Below are positions 45,265-57,245 of a stretch of 64,000 bases of DNA, one piece after another. Position 1 is the stretch's first letter, and every line of letters begins with the position of its first letter. Made by a program: the position numbers and the translations under genes. Below the pieces are notes generated by a model. It did no database searches. It saw only the letters and a list, made by a program, of their open reading frames with translations, and was not told the origin of the DNA. Source of the stretch: Monocercomonoides exilis PA203 (taxonomy: Eukaryota; Protista; Preaxostyla); contig LSRY02000007.1 in NCBI GenBank assembly GCA_001643675.2, forward strand, positions 372,001 through 436,000, written 5' to 3'.

Positions 45265-48200
45265 ATGACAATTCATGTAACCGTGAAAGTGAACGAATAT
45301 TGCTTGATACCGTTTACTGTTAATGAAAATGACACCATTTTCTCTTTTTTAACAATGCTTTCTTCTTTATTCAACTGTTCCAAGTCAAATTTAAGCCTAA
45401 CAATTAACGGCATAGAATTATTCGGCTTTATAACATTTTCTTCTCTTCGTTGCGTATGCACTTAAATTTTTGTTTTTATAATCATGTTCTATTTTTATAG
45501 GCTAAGCATCCAGTTTTCACTCTTAAAGTCACAAAGGTCTGCATTTATGTCTATTTTTATACAATTTTCTTATCTGATTATACATATTTCCTCAATTACG
45601 TAAAATGAAAGAGATTAACTGAAACAATGAAAATTGAAAAAGATTCTGATGTTAACAGAAATACAAAAAATTCGAATATCAGAAATTCACACAGTAGCAA
45701 TGTACGTTTTATTGACGGAATCTCCCAATTAGGAGCCAACATGGTAGGCGAAACTGGAGAAGATATCTTGCACATGAAACCTTATGAAAACGTTCATAAA
45801 TTAACTTCAATGCAAAGTCAAGATCCTTCCATAATGGGAAACGATTCAGAATGCTTTATCACCCAGTATAATCAAAATGGAGGAATTTCTGATCCCCAGT
45901 CATCCAGTTCTCAAAATTTTTCAACCGAACAAACTGAATCAAGTGAAAGAGGAAGTACAACACCAAGAACCAAAGTTCCGTTGTTTGACATGTCGCATAT
46001 GAAGTCCAAAAGAAGAGGATTTGGACCTGGTTTTGGAAGAGAAGGGCTTCTACCCACGCCCGGGCAAAGAGATACCGGGATGATGATTCCAAGTATTGAT
46101 CAGGATGATGATGCTATGGACTGGATTCCGAGTGAGGAATCTGAGGCGTTTGACAACTATGTCACAAAGCATTCATTGAGATTTCCTTCCACAGGGTTGT
46201 CGAGTGAAGAGTCGCGTCTCAGCTTTTTGAATGCAAACAGGATGAACTCTGATGAGGAGATGGTTAATCGACTGGAAGAAATGGGATTCGACAAAGAAAA
46301 GGCAAGGATCGCCTTGAAACACACAAGCGGGGATATCGAATGGGCCATCAATGTTCTGGAGTCTGAGATGGAAAAAGAAAGTTCAAATAAATCAGCGGGA
46401 TCCAATGGAAGTTCTGCCAGCGGTGCTGAAGATGAAGCAGAAGGAAGAGGAAACGGAATGGATGCATACAGCTTGGTGGGTGCAGCCAGCAGAATAGCAG
46501 ACAGAGAGATGCAGCTGGAAGAGATGAGAGCTAAGGGTTCAAGCGATGTGCACAGTCAGGTGGCGAATGTTACAAGTGGAGTGCCTCCTGCGAAGAGTAG
46601 CAGTCAGATTGTTGAGTCATTCAGCAAAAGAAATCAGCCTGGAAAAGACTCAGCGATGGGCCATTCTGAAGATTCAAATGCAGATGCAGATAAACAAACA
46701 ACCACGAGATCTGCTTTTGGTGATGGGACAAGTTCTCAAAAGCGCCAACAACTCAAACGCATTACGCCACAAAGCATTGAAGAAGGTAGACAAAATACGA
46801 GAGAGCCAACAGAAAGGATTTTCATCTATAAAGACAAAAATGGAGCAAACAAATATGTTTCAGAAATAGCAGCACATGCTATGCAATTGGAGAATAAAAG
46901 CAAGAAAAGTGCATTCATGTCAAATGATGATGATGAAGCAGATTATGATTTTTCCGATCAATTTGAAGAAGAAAGTGGGCATAAGAGCAGCAAAAGTGGA
47001 AAAGGAACAAGCAAAGATGAAGACGATACCATCACTTCAAAGGACAAGTTGTACAGACACTTCAGATATTTGAACGGGACAAAGTGGGAGCCGCTGGACG
47101 ACAGGCAAAGCACAGGGCTTTTCAGCGACGACGAAGGAGAGGAAAGCGACGAGGAACTGACAGAAAATGGAGGAAAGAAGAGAGGGAGAAGAGAATCTCG
47201 TGATCCTTTCCCTTCTTTGGAAGAGATTAAATCAAGAGAGTTCAACATTGAAAGATGGCTGGAGTCACAAAAATACAACGGAAAAGGCGGAAAGCGTGCT
47301 GAGAAGCAGTCTGAAGCGAGCAAAGAGAAAGGAAAGCATGGAACAGAAGAAGGAGACGATCCATCGATCCGCAGAGGGCTGGGCTATAACTCTTCAGAAG
47401 TGTCAGACGAAGATTGGGACGTGCAGCGCTCAAGGCCATCAGAAGTGTCTGCTCAGAGTACTTCTTCAGTTAGTCCTCTCGGCAGTGCACATTTCATTTC
47501 TGATGAGCAGCTTTTGCTGCATTCGACGAAGGAAAAGCCAGCTGAAAGAGAAACTGGACGGCCACTGCCTCAGCCACTAGTGACTGCAGAATCTATTTCG
47601 ATGAAAAACGAGGCGTTTCTGAACAGAATAAGAATGAGGAATTTTGCTGAAGTGGTGAATAATTCTTCAGATTCTTCGCCTTTGTCAAAAGTTGCAACTT
47701 CCTCCTCATCTTCTTCATCATCCTCATCCTCGTCATCTTCTTCATCAAGTGATAGGAGCAAGAACTATTTACTTCGGAAGAAGATCGAAATCAAGCATGA
47801 CGACAACAGCGACGAAGACGGAGATTTCTACGCAGACGACGATGATGAAGACGATACACACGATCCTGATTATTCGCCAGCCAAACACGCAACTCAGGAT
47901 AAGTACATCTACAAAAGAGAAGGCTTTCAGACTTTGCGCAGACAAAATTCAGAAAGAAGAGAAGGAGAGAACGAAATAAAAGGCAATTGCGAGTTCGGAG
48001 ATGGGATCTTTGATGACGACGATTATGATGACGAATACGAAGACGAATATGAAGACGGATATGAAGGCGAAGGAGAAGATGAAGATGGATTTTTTGAGCC
48101 ATCTGACGATGTGATAGTTTCGAGTGATACGGTGCTGAATGCAGATGGGTCAGAGACGATCATTGGGTACAACGTGAAGGGGAATGCCATCTCTCAGATG

Positions 48201-48848
48201 TGGGTGTCCAAAGACGAAGCAGAAAGAAGACGTACAGCCTTCGTGAAGGAGGCGATGATACGGAAGAACCTGGCAGAAGCAGAGCGGCTGAGAGATGCAG
48301 GAATGGAATGGAGGAGCATTGGAGGAGGGGCGCGTATATTGGAGCATGCAGGAAAAGAGGAGAAGGAGAGCAAAGGGAATGGAAACGAAAGTGAACAATA
48401 TTCGGTGGAAAGCTCCGGAAGAGCAGGAGAGAATGTTCTGAATCATTTATCGAAGCTCTCAATGACACAGACAGCTGGCAGCGGAACGTCGGCGCATCGC
48501 GGCAAGCTCAGCAGAGTTGAAGAAGAAGAGGAGAATGATGATGACTTTGCCCAAACAGACGGCTCTCAACAGAATGCAAGGCAAGACAGTCTTCAGACAG
48601 AGATGGGGCGAGGCAGCAGAAGCAGTTCTGGAGAAGATAGTGAAAGAGAGGAAGGAGGAGATGCATCCGAGAGCATATGGAAAAAGAAAAAGAATGCTTT
48701 TGCTCAGAGACAGCAGTATGCTTTCGAAGAGGATATTAAGCGGATCATGGAAATAACAGGCATATCTCATTCAGAAGCCTCAAATGTTCTTGTTCTTTCA
48801 TCTGGAAATCTTGAAAAGGCAATCGACTTGGCTCTGTCCCTTACGTGA
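45265..48848 (+). CDS. Ubiquitin-like domain plus two UBA domains, ~1,153 aa; introns 45454-45500, 45537-45611
   Basis: UBA1 EEMVNRLEEMGFDKEKARIALKHTSGDIEWAINVL; C-terminal UBA-like EDIKRIMEITGISHSEASNVLVLSSGNLEKAIDL; N-terminal ~75 aa with a ubiquitin-fold pattern (IHVTVK..FTVNENDTI..LSLTINGIEL..FTLKV), weaker support. Confidence 0.72.
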
Positions 48849-49278
48849 AGTCTTTCTCGCTCAAATGGTCGAAAAAGTCGCTTAGAAAGCCTTAAAAAGA
48901 GAAAGAATTGATTCAATTTATGTTTTTACTCTTTGCTTTGTTTAACAATTTATGATAAATTTATTTTAAAAAATATCGATTTTGATTATACAATTGAGCA
49001 ATCATAATATTCTTCTGATACTTTTTATTGCCTCTCTTTTTGAATATTTTTAATTGACGATGCATAAATTTTTTTATTCGCCCTAATTTTTAAAGTTGTT
49101 ATTATTTATTTAATCACAAAAATAAAAGATAGAATATTTGAAATATCTTAACGCTCGTTGCTTTCTACAAAACACATAAAGGCGGTGAATGTTGAACATT
49201 TGAAATGTCTAACAGTAAAAGGCTTATTTATGTATCATTTTTATATTTCAATTTAAACTGATAGTTTCAATGAAATAT

Positions 49279-50025
49279 CTAAAAGAAATTATGATCAAGG
49301 CTCCAATTGTGCTCGTCATCAGATGATTCTTCCCAAAATATTTGTGGATCATCCTGATAAAGCAAGTCTTCAATTTCTTTTGGAGATTTTTGTGAACGAA
49401 AAGCAAGTTGCTCAATTTTCTGTTTTTGCTTTTCTCTACAGAACTCGGATAGTGGACGTCTTTTGGCTGGCTTCCTCTTATGAAGGATGCTATAGGAAAA
49501 ATATAGAAGAGGATTATTATTTTTAATTGTAGTTTGGTGTCTATTTATTATTCCAGTAAACTGAGACTTTTTTGGTGAAATCTGTTTTGAAGCTTGATTC
49601 CAACATTGAATTGGGCAATCTTGGCATAAAGGCTTATTTCCAACTAAATGACATTGCAAGCACTGAGAAGAAAAAACATATAGATTATTTAAACAAGAAG
49701 AGCATAGTTCAGGGGAGTACTTTTTCACAGTTTGTTTCAAAAAATATATTTGGTATTTTTCTGGATAAAAAGGGAATTGCAACTGTTGCAATCGAAAAAT
49801 GCGATCATAATAAGTAATTAAATTGTTCTTATTCTGCTTTCGATGACTTTTGCATTCAGCAAGAAGACATTCAGCAAAAAACGAAATCTCTATTCTTCGA
49901 AAAGGACTGACAGCAATCCATGATATTTGCGAAATTTTTTTAATAGAAAATCCGTGGCAGCTAAAATAATATCCAATTGAAAAAAATACTGCAAATAAAA
50001 TCGCAATCTTTATAAAGATATCCAT
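49279..50025 (-). CDS. YgbA-like (nitrosative-stress family) Cys-rich protein with N-terminal hydrophobic anchor, 248 aa, intronless
   Basis: LCSSC..QC..GNKPLCQDCPIQCW..NPLL matches the recalled bacterial YgbA pattern LCxxC..C..KPxCxxCPxHCY..HPIL; residues 3-21 are hydrophobic. Confidence 0.62.
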   Translation of the reverse strand: MDIFIKIAILFAVFFSIGYYFSCHGFSIKKISQISWIAVSPFRRIEISFFAECLLAECKSHRKQNKNNLITYYDRIFRLQQLQFPFYPEKYQIYFLKQTVKKYSPELCSSCLNNLYVFSSQCLQCHLVGNKPLCQDCPIQCWNQASKQISPKKSQFTGIINRHQTTIKNNNPLLYFSYSILHKRKPAKRRPLSEFCREKQKQKIEQLAFRSQKSPKEIEDLLYQDDPQIFWEESSDDEHNWSLDHNFF

Positions 50026-50487
50026 TTTTAGGATTTTTCAATCTACGGCAAAGTTACAGCAAATATGTTTTGTACAAATAAAAGCAGCTTTCGAAAGAAG
50101 GTAAATGAGAGAAATGTATTATATTAACTATCCTCCGTTGGCAAAAATACTAAAAAATTCAACAATCAGTCACATCAAATTCACCATTATATATTTATTT
50201 TTGGAGTTAACAATTAAAAAGATAACCAATTTCATTATAACATATTTATTCTTATCTTATGATATATTTCATCAATTGAATGAGGGTTATCTTAACAATT
50301 CAAAGACAGTATTTTGTTTATTCTTTCTGTTTTTATTTTTTCAAATGATTGATTAATAAAAAAGAATAATCGAAAAAGAAAAAAAGAAGAATGATTGCTA
50401 TAATACGGTGCTTTATTTTTATTTGCTACAATCAATTTTGTTAAATATCTTCCATAATCATCACCCATATTTACATATCATTTCGTC

Positions 50488-53400
50488 ATGTTGCTGTTCC
50501 TAATCCTTTCAAGCCATTTAATTTATAGTTTAAATGTGCCTATAAATTTGAGAGGAGTATATCCAGACGGTATTTTGAAAATTTAAAGTTATTTATTTTA
50601 AGTTTCGATATTTCTTGCAATTATATCCTATTTATAATATTTCTTTGTGTGATAGATTATAAATTGTATAATGGAACAACATTTACATGTAAAGATAAAT
50701 CAAAAACGTATGAAATTTATTTTATCGTACATATTAACTTGCTTTTCTCAGAATACCAATTTCTTCGGTGAATGACGAAATTTGTGATTGCCCTGATGGA
50801 TCTGATGAGCCAGGAACATCAGCCTGCCATAACTCAAGATTTTGGTGTTTGAACTCAGGAGGAAGAGGGTTCTTCCTGCCATCTTTTAAAGTTAATGATG
50901 GAATTTGCGGTGTGGTAATTGATCCTTTTGTTGCGTTTCCATAAATTTTAAATGCCTATTATCTGCAGATTGCTGCGATGGATCAGATGAAATGGACGAA
51001 AATGGAGAAACAAATTGCATCAATACTTGTCGTGAATCTTCAGCAAATCCGTATATTTTTTTGGATAGACAGAAAAAAGCAATGGCAAAGGTATCTTGAG
51101 GATTAAATTAAGAGCTTACCAATTCATTGTGACGTGTATTTAATATTTTTTCTTCGCTTAAAAATTGTTTTATCACATTTTCTTTAGGGAAAAGAACTGA
51201 GAAAAGCAGAAATTGAGGCAGCAAAATACATACGAGAGGATTTAAAAAATGAAACAATTGATCTCCAAAAGGATGTTTCCGAACTTGACTCAAATTTGAA
51301 GGAGATGGAAGGCTTGCCGTTCTTTGTGTTTTGATGAAGAATAATTTTTGTTGTTGTACTTTAATAATGTTGAACTTTTTTCGAATATTTTTCGATCAAA
51401 TAATCTGCTGATTAAAATACAGAAAAGGAAACAGATTGGCTGGACGTTAAAAATGAAGTCGTGTTCGAAGTGAAGGACGACCACAGGCGCCGACAGCAGG
51501 AAGTAAAGATGATGGTTGCTAAGCAGCACATGATCCCCCTTTTCTCTGCAGAAGAGTGGGGAATGGAAAGAATATTCCGCGACTGGCTGGAAAAGGACAA
51601 AGTTGGGACACTCAGAAACAACAGCGCAGGAGACAACGGAATGAGCTCGTTTTTTGGCTTCGATGCATCTTCATTGAAGACAGCAAAGCCTGTCTCCAAA
51701 CAAGAAATGAAAATGCAAGGTTCGTAATCATTAGGATTCTCTATTCTGATTTGGTTTTTTGTCTGCTATTTTATGAACAAATACTTTTTCTGATGTATTA
51801 TTATTATTATTATTATTTAACCATCGCATTCTTTACCATTCATATTCCATTTCCCGTCAGAGTCAAACGAGGAATCACTTTATGCAGCAGACTATGGCCG
51901 TGATCCTTTCCTTTCTCTGATACAAATAGTCAACCAAACTGCTGTTCAGATTCTGAAAGACGAGAAACAGGCCACACAAGCACCGCCTGCTGCTATCCGC
52001 ACGTCACCTTTCTCTTTCCCTTCATCTTCTTCAATGTCATCATCATCATCACCATCTCATTCATCTGGCTACACTTCACAATCTTATTCTCCATCTTCCT
52101 CTTCCTCTTCTTCCTCCTCCGGAGACACTTCTATTTCTCCGACGCTGCCCCGCCCACATCCCCCTCTTCTGACGCAGATGAGTGGCAAGAACCACACCTC
52201 TGCCGACTGCCGCTTTGAAGTTGGAGGAGACGTGGAAGGCACACTTGGCTTTGAGTGGATTGAAGGCGAGCGAATTGGGAGAAGGTTTGAAGATGCATTT
52301 ATCACTGCAGTTAGCGAGTGGGAAAGGCACTGGGGAGAAGATGAGGAAGAAGAGGAGGAAGAGGAAGAGGATTTTGAGGAGGAGGAAGATAAAATGAAGA
52401 AAGAAGGAGAAGAAGTGGAAGTGGAAGAAGTGGAAATGGAGCAAACAGAAAGCGGATGGAAGAAGACAGAAAAGGGAAAAGAAAAAGCGAAGGAGAAGAA
52501 GAAAGAGAAGAAAAACAAGAAAAACAAGAAGAAGCTGACGATGGCTGACAAAGACGATCGCTGGGAAGACGAAAGAAAAGAAAGAGTGCATCGCTTCATA
52601 AGAAGAGAGCAGAGGAGGTCAAAATACATTCGCTTTCTCTCAAAAAAGACTGAGGCACACCTGCCCCAGCTGAAGAGGAAAGAGGAAGAAGAAATGGAAG
52701 CAGCAAAGAAGAAGGAGAGGCTGGAGGAGAAGAAGAAGAAAATGGAAGGAATTGAAAGCGGGGCGGATGAGGATGAAGAAGATAAAAAAGAGGAAGAAGA
52801 AGAAGAAGAAGAAGAAGATGCAAACAATGAAAGCGAAGGAGATTTTGACTCCGAAAACAACAAAACGGGGACTGCCTCTCTTTCCAGCTACGGTGCAGAG
52901 TTTGATCTTCTTCTGCAGCACACCATTCTCCACCCGCCATCCACAGACACCTCCACAACACAGCTGTTCGTACCATTCTACAAGCGCTTCTACGTCGCTG
53001 ACATTCTTCCTGGCTTCGATGCACAGCGGGTGTGGAGAGAGGTGCGTGTGCAGATGATTCTTGACGGAGCACACGGAGGAAGCATGGCAGTTGTGGAGGA
53101 GGCAGCAAAGGCAGCAGAAGGGCTGGCTGGTTTGGGAGAGAACGGGACAGAGCAGCTGGCAGGGTATTGGAAGGACGGGAAATGGATTGACACGGGAGGA
53201 AGTGGGTGGCGGCCTGTTGGAGTGCAGGACGGGGTGAATCTGAACAGCGCGCTCGACGGAGAAGGCGAAGGGTCGAAGGAGTACGAGCACAGATGGAGCG
53301 GGATGAAGGATCTGAGTGCGTCGAGCAGGTACCAAGAGACCCAAGCAGCGCAGGAGATGGCAGCACAGCGCGATCTGCGCGTGAGAAAACCGTCGAAGAA

Positions 53401-56146
53401 GCGCTACTTCGACAACAAGGGCGGCTCAGCTGATCCACGCATTTCTGCTCCTTTGCCTGCATCGCCTGTATTCTTCGAGCCGCGTAACGAGGTCGTGCGG
53501 AACTATCGGGATGTGGAGAGGAAGCTGCGGGAAACAGCAAAGAAGATCTTATTGGAGAGCAACGAGACGAAGAAGGCACAGTTAGAGAAGAAGCTGGAGC
53601 AGCTGAAGAGGAAAGAAATGGAAGGGCGTGCGCTAATCGCGATCGAGAAGGAGCGGATCTTCGGGAAGGAGCCGAGTGGAGATGGGAAAGATGGGGAGGG
53701 AGATCCAGAGCATATGCACCATCACCCAGGAAAAGGAGGAGATGATGAGGAGAACAAGCTGACGTATCCACTCGCACAGCCAGAGGAGGAGAAGCCATGG
53801 ATGAAGGAGAAGCCGCCGGAGCATCTGAAGAAGCTTGGTGCGCGTGATATGAACACAATGAAGGAGAACTACGAGCAGCGGAAGCTTCAGAGGCAGAGGG
53901 AGAAAGAGGAGAGGGAAGGGAAGATTGAGCGAGTGCCTCTGGACAAGCTGGATCGCGAAGACGAGCAGCCGGAGTGGGACATGACAATGGCACATCGCAA
54001 TCTGACTGGCAGGTATGTGCCATTGAAGCGGCCAGAGACTGATAAAGAGAGACTGCTGCTGATGTACGAGACGCACCCACTGCTGATGGAAGGAAAGAAG
54101 AAGAACGGGAAGACAAAGCGGATTGACTACAACTTGCTGCTTCCTCCAGCTGAAGACGATGGCAGCGGGAAAAACGAAGACAAGAAGAGCTTGGCAGAGA
54201 GGGAGCGCATCATCAATACACAGGCGCTTCAGGAGTATGCAGCACGCGATGTGGAGATTGAGCTGTTTGAGCGGATGGAGCGGAGGGTGGGAAGAAAATA
54301 CGTGCCACTCTGGTCGTCCCCGTACAACCAGCAGATCCGCCTGACAGAAGAGGAGAAAGTGCAGAAGTACAAGCGGCTGGCGCAGATTGCAGGGATTCTT
54401 GCAATGGACTATGGTCCAGACTCCTGCTTCCTGCCAATCAGAGACGATGTGTTTGAGGCGAAGGAGAAAGACGGCGTGTTCGAGTTTGACTCTCTGAGAA
54501 AGATTGTCAAAAAGGGGAAGGCAAACGAGTGGTGGAGGTATCGCTTTGCCTCAGCAGCAACGAACGAAGGATGGGGAGGAAGAAAGAAGGGAGGAAGAGG
54601 AGAAAAGAAAGACATTCTTACACAGGCACGAAGGGCTATGCGGAAACATGAGTTCTCGAAAAGCGGGCTGAAGAGGAGGGAGATTAGCGAATGGGATGAT
54701 GAGGTGTTGGGAGATCAAGGGCAGTGGATGGACGATTACATGGGCATTGAGCTAAGGACACCGATTGAATATGAGGAGACACGGCAGCAGAGGAGAGAGA
54801 GAGAGGAAAGAGAGAGGAGGGCAAGAGACGAGGCAGAGAGGGAAGAGAGAGAGAAGAGAGAAAAGGAGAAGAGAGAGAAAGAAGAGAGAGAGCAGAGAGC
54901 ACGTGCAGCTCGTATAACTCGGATGAAAGAGGTGGCGATGGGCATTAAGAAAGACGATTGGAAGAAGACAAAGGGAGCACGGATGGATTCGAATATAGAC
55001 TCATCAGCTACGGCTGATTGGATGAATGGGACGGAGTTTAATGCAAGCGAATGGAACATCACAGGAATCATCAAAAATGGGAGCATACCACAGCAGGACG
55101 GGGACAATGTCTCACAAACAGAGGCAAACGATGAATCTCAGAACAAAGAAGAGCAGCAGCCTCAAAATTCAACAACAACATCATCAAATGAAAACACATT
55201 TGAGAATGAAACAACAGACTCTTCACCTGGTGACTACGACTTCTACAAAGTGGTTACTGTTCACTTTGTGTGTGGACTATATCCCCAGCTGTTTCGCATC
55301 AGAGAAAGAAGCGAGGATGAGTGGGAAGCCATCTTCGAGACTCCTTGCATGTGCGAGGATGGGCACATGAAACGGATGGAGGAGCAGAAAGTGGAGCGGG
55401 ATCTGATTGACGAAGAGGAGAAGCGGATTGCAGAAGAGATTGAGTATGCGCTGGAGGAGGAATGGAGGAAAGCATCAGAGGCAGAACAGGAAGAAAAAGA
55501 GAGTAGGATGACAAAGTTGGAGAAGGAGGAAGAGGAGGAACGCCAAAGAGAGTTGGAAAGGCTGAAGAGGGAAAGGGAAATGAAGAAAGAGCAGGAAAGG
55601 ATGATTAGAGCAAGCGAAAAAGCTGCCGCAAAGCAGAGAAAGAAAGAGGCTGCACAGGCAAAGAAAGAAAAAGAGCGTTTGGAGAAAGAAAGGCAGAAAC
55701 AGAAAGAAAAAGATGCAGCAGAAGGCAAAACTACTGCGGATGATGGACCTTCTCAGGTGGAACGAGAGAAGCGAATTCGGCAACTCGAGTTTGAGGCGAT
55801 GGAAAGAGAACGAGCAAGGGAAAGGAGGAAATACATGGGAGACTTACCAGAGCACGAACGATGGAATGCAGATGGCAGCGAAAAGGCACCAAAGACATCT
55901 AAAGAGCTGATAAAGTCAGAGATTGAGAGGAGGTTCCCAGAATTGTCTGGGGCAGAGAAAGAGAGGAGGAGGAAAGAGAAAGAGAGGGAAGAGGAGGAAA
56001 AAAGGAAGAGAGGATGGGATCCAGAAGGAGAAGAAGAGATGAAAGCAAAGAAAGCAAAAAGAGAGGCAAAGTTGAAGCGTCTGGAAGAAATGAAGGCAAA
56101 GGCACAGAAAGAGACAGAAAAGGCAGATGAAAAGAACGAGCTTTAG
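50488..56146 (+). CDS. PRKCSH: Glucosidase II beta subunit (PRKCSH/Gtb1)-like ER protein, ~1,706 aa; introns 50570-50655, 50708-50751, 50910-50968, 51091-51187, 51312-51422, 51720-51860
   Basis: Signal peptide MLLFLILSSHLIYS; LRGVYP..FTCKD..VNDEICDCPDGSDEPGTSAC..FWCLN..VNDGICDCCDGSDE; MRH remnants MDYGPD and VTVHFVCG..IRE..EWEAIFETPCMC; C-terminal KNEL. Exon total 5,121 nt is in frame. Confidence 0.85.
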
Positions 56147-57245
56147 AGGTTCGAAGATTTCATCTTTGCGTTCTCTTCAATAGATTCAATCTCTTTCTTT
56201 TTAAATTTTTCATTTTATTTGCTCGTTCTCATTATTTGATTAGCATTTATCTTTTATGTTTTATGACTTTCCAATTTTATCATTTCTTCTTCGCACATTG
56301 CGTTTTTATTCGTCTTCTTATTTTAGTATGTTTTCAAGTACTCTTCTTCACTTTGTTGCATCAATTCAACATCTAATCGCAAGTGTGACCTTGTTAAAGG
56401 TAAAACTTAACTCGCGTGAATTAAATTTTTATTTATCAATTGCACATTCTTTGTCCTCAACAAAAAAGGTTTATTTTTATCCAAAGATGGTCAAAAAATG
56501 CAAACAAAAGGTTTATCTTGCTTATTCATTCTCAAGACTCTCATCAATAATAAAACAATTCATTGTTGAAAACTTTTTGTTCGTTTGAAACTTCAGGAGA
56601 AATGGAGAAATATTTTCTAAATAATCTTCTTCTTGAAAAACACAATCTCAATAATACGTTTATTTGTACTGACGCTTTGTTAATTTCCTTTTTCTCGATA
56701 TTAAAAAGTGAGAACACTATTTTTGTTATTTTTTTGACTTTTCCAAGAATTTTTCACTTGAATTTTAACGAAAAATAATTGAGAACTTAACATTTTGAAT
56801 TAGTCTCAGAAATTATTACTCAAAATATTCAGTTTTTTAACTGATTAGAATTCAGAACATTATTTCAAAACTCTTATATTTATTGTTTTTCTCTCAAGTC
56901 TAATCATTATTCGTTTCAATTCAAATATATACTTTTTTTATTTTCAAGAAATACATTTCGAACTCTATTTTTAGTTTCCAATCTCAATGAATTACACATA
57001 ATTCGAAATCACAACGCGAGCAATAATTTGAAAGAAATCCAATAATTCGCTTCACATCCTCAAAAAAATAATTAAATAAACATGAGATTGCATCAAAAAG
57101 CCAATTGAAATCGTAGCAAGCACGCCACAAACAGAAAACAACAAATGATGCATTTTTCATGAAAAAACACTCATTTCATTTTCAGAATAACGAAAAAACA
57201 AATCACCCCCATAATTCTTTTCATTTCTCAACCATCTCTTCTTCT

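Noticed and set aside
52076-54116. Long antisense ORFs (up to 506 aa) opposite the glucosidase II beta-like gene, and similar ones opposite UBR, clpB and the receptor gene
   Set aside because: Shadow ORFs from biased codon usage and low complexity; no recognisable motifs.
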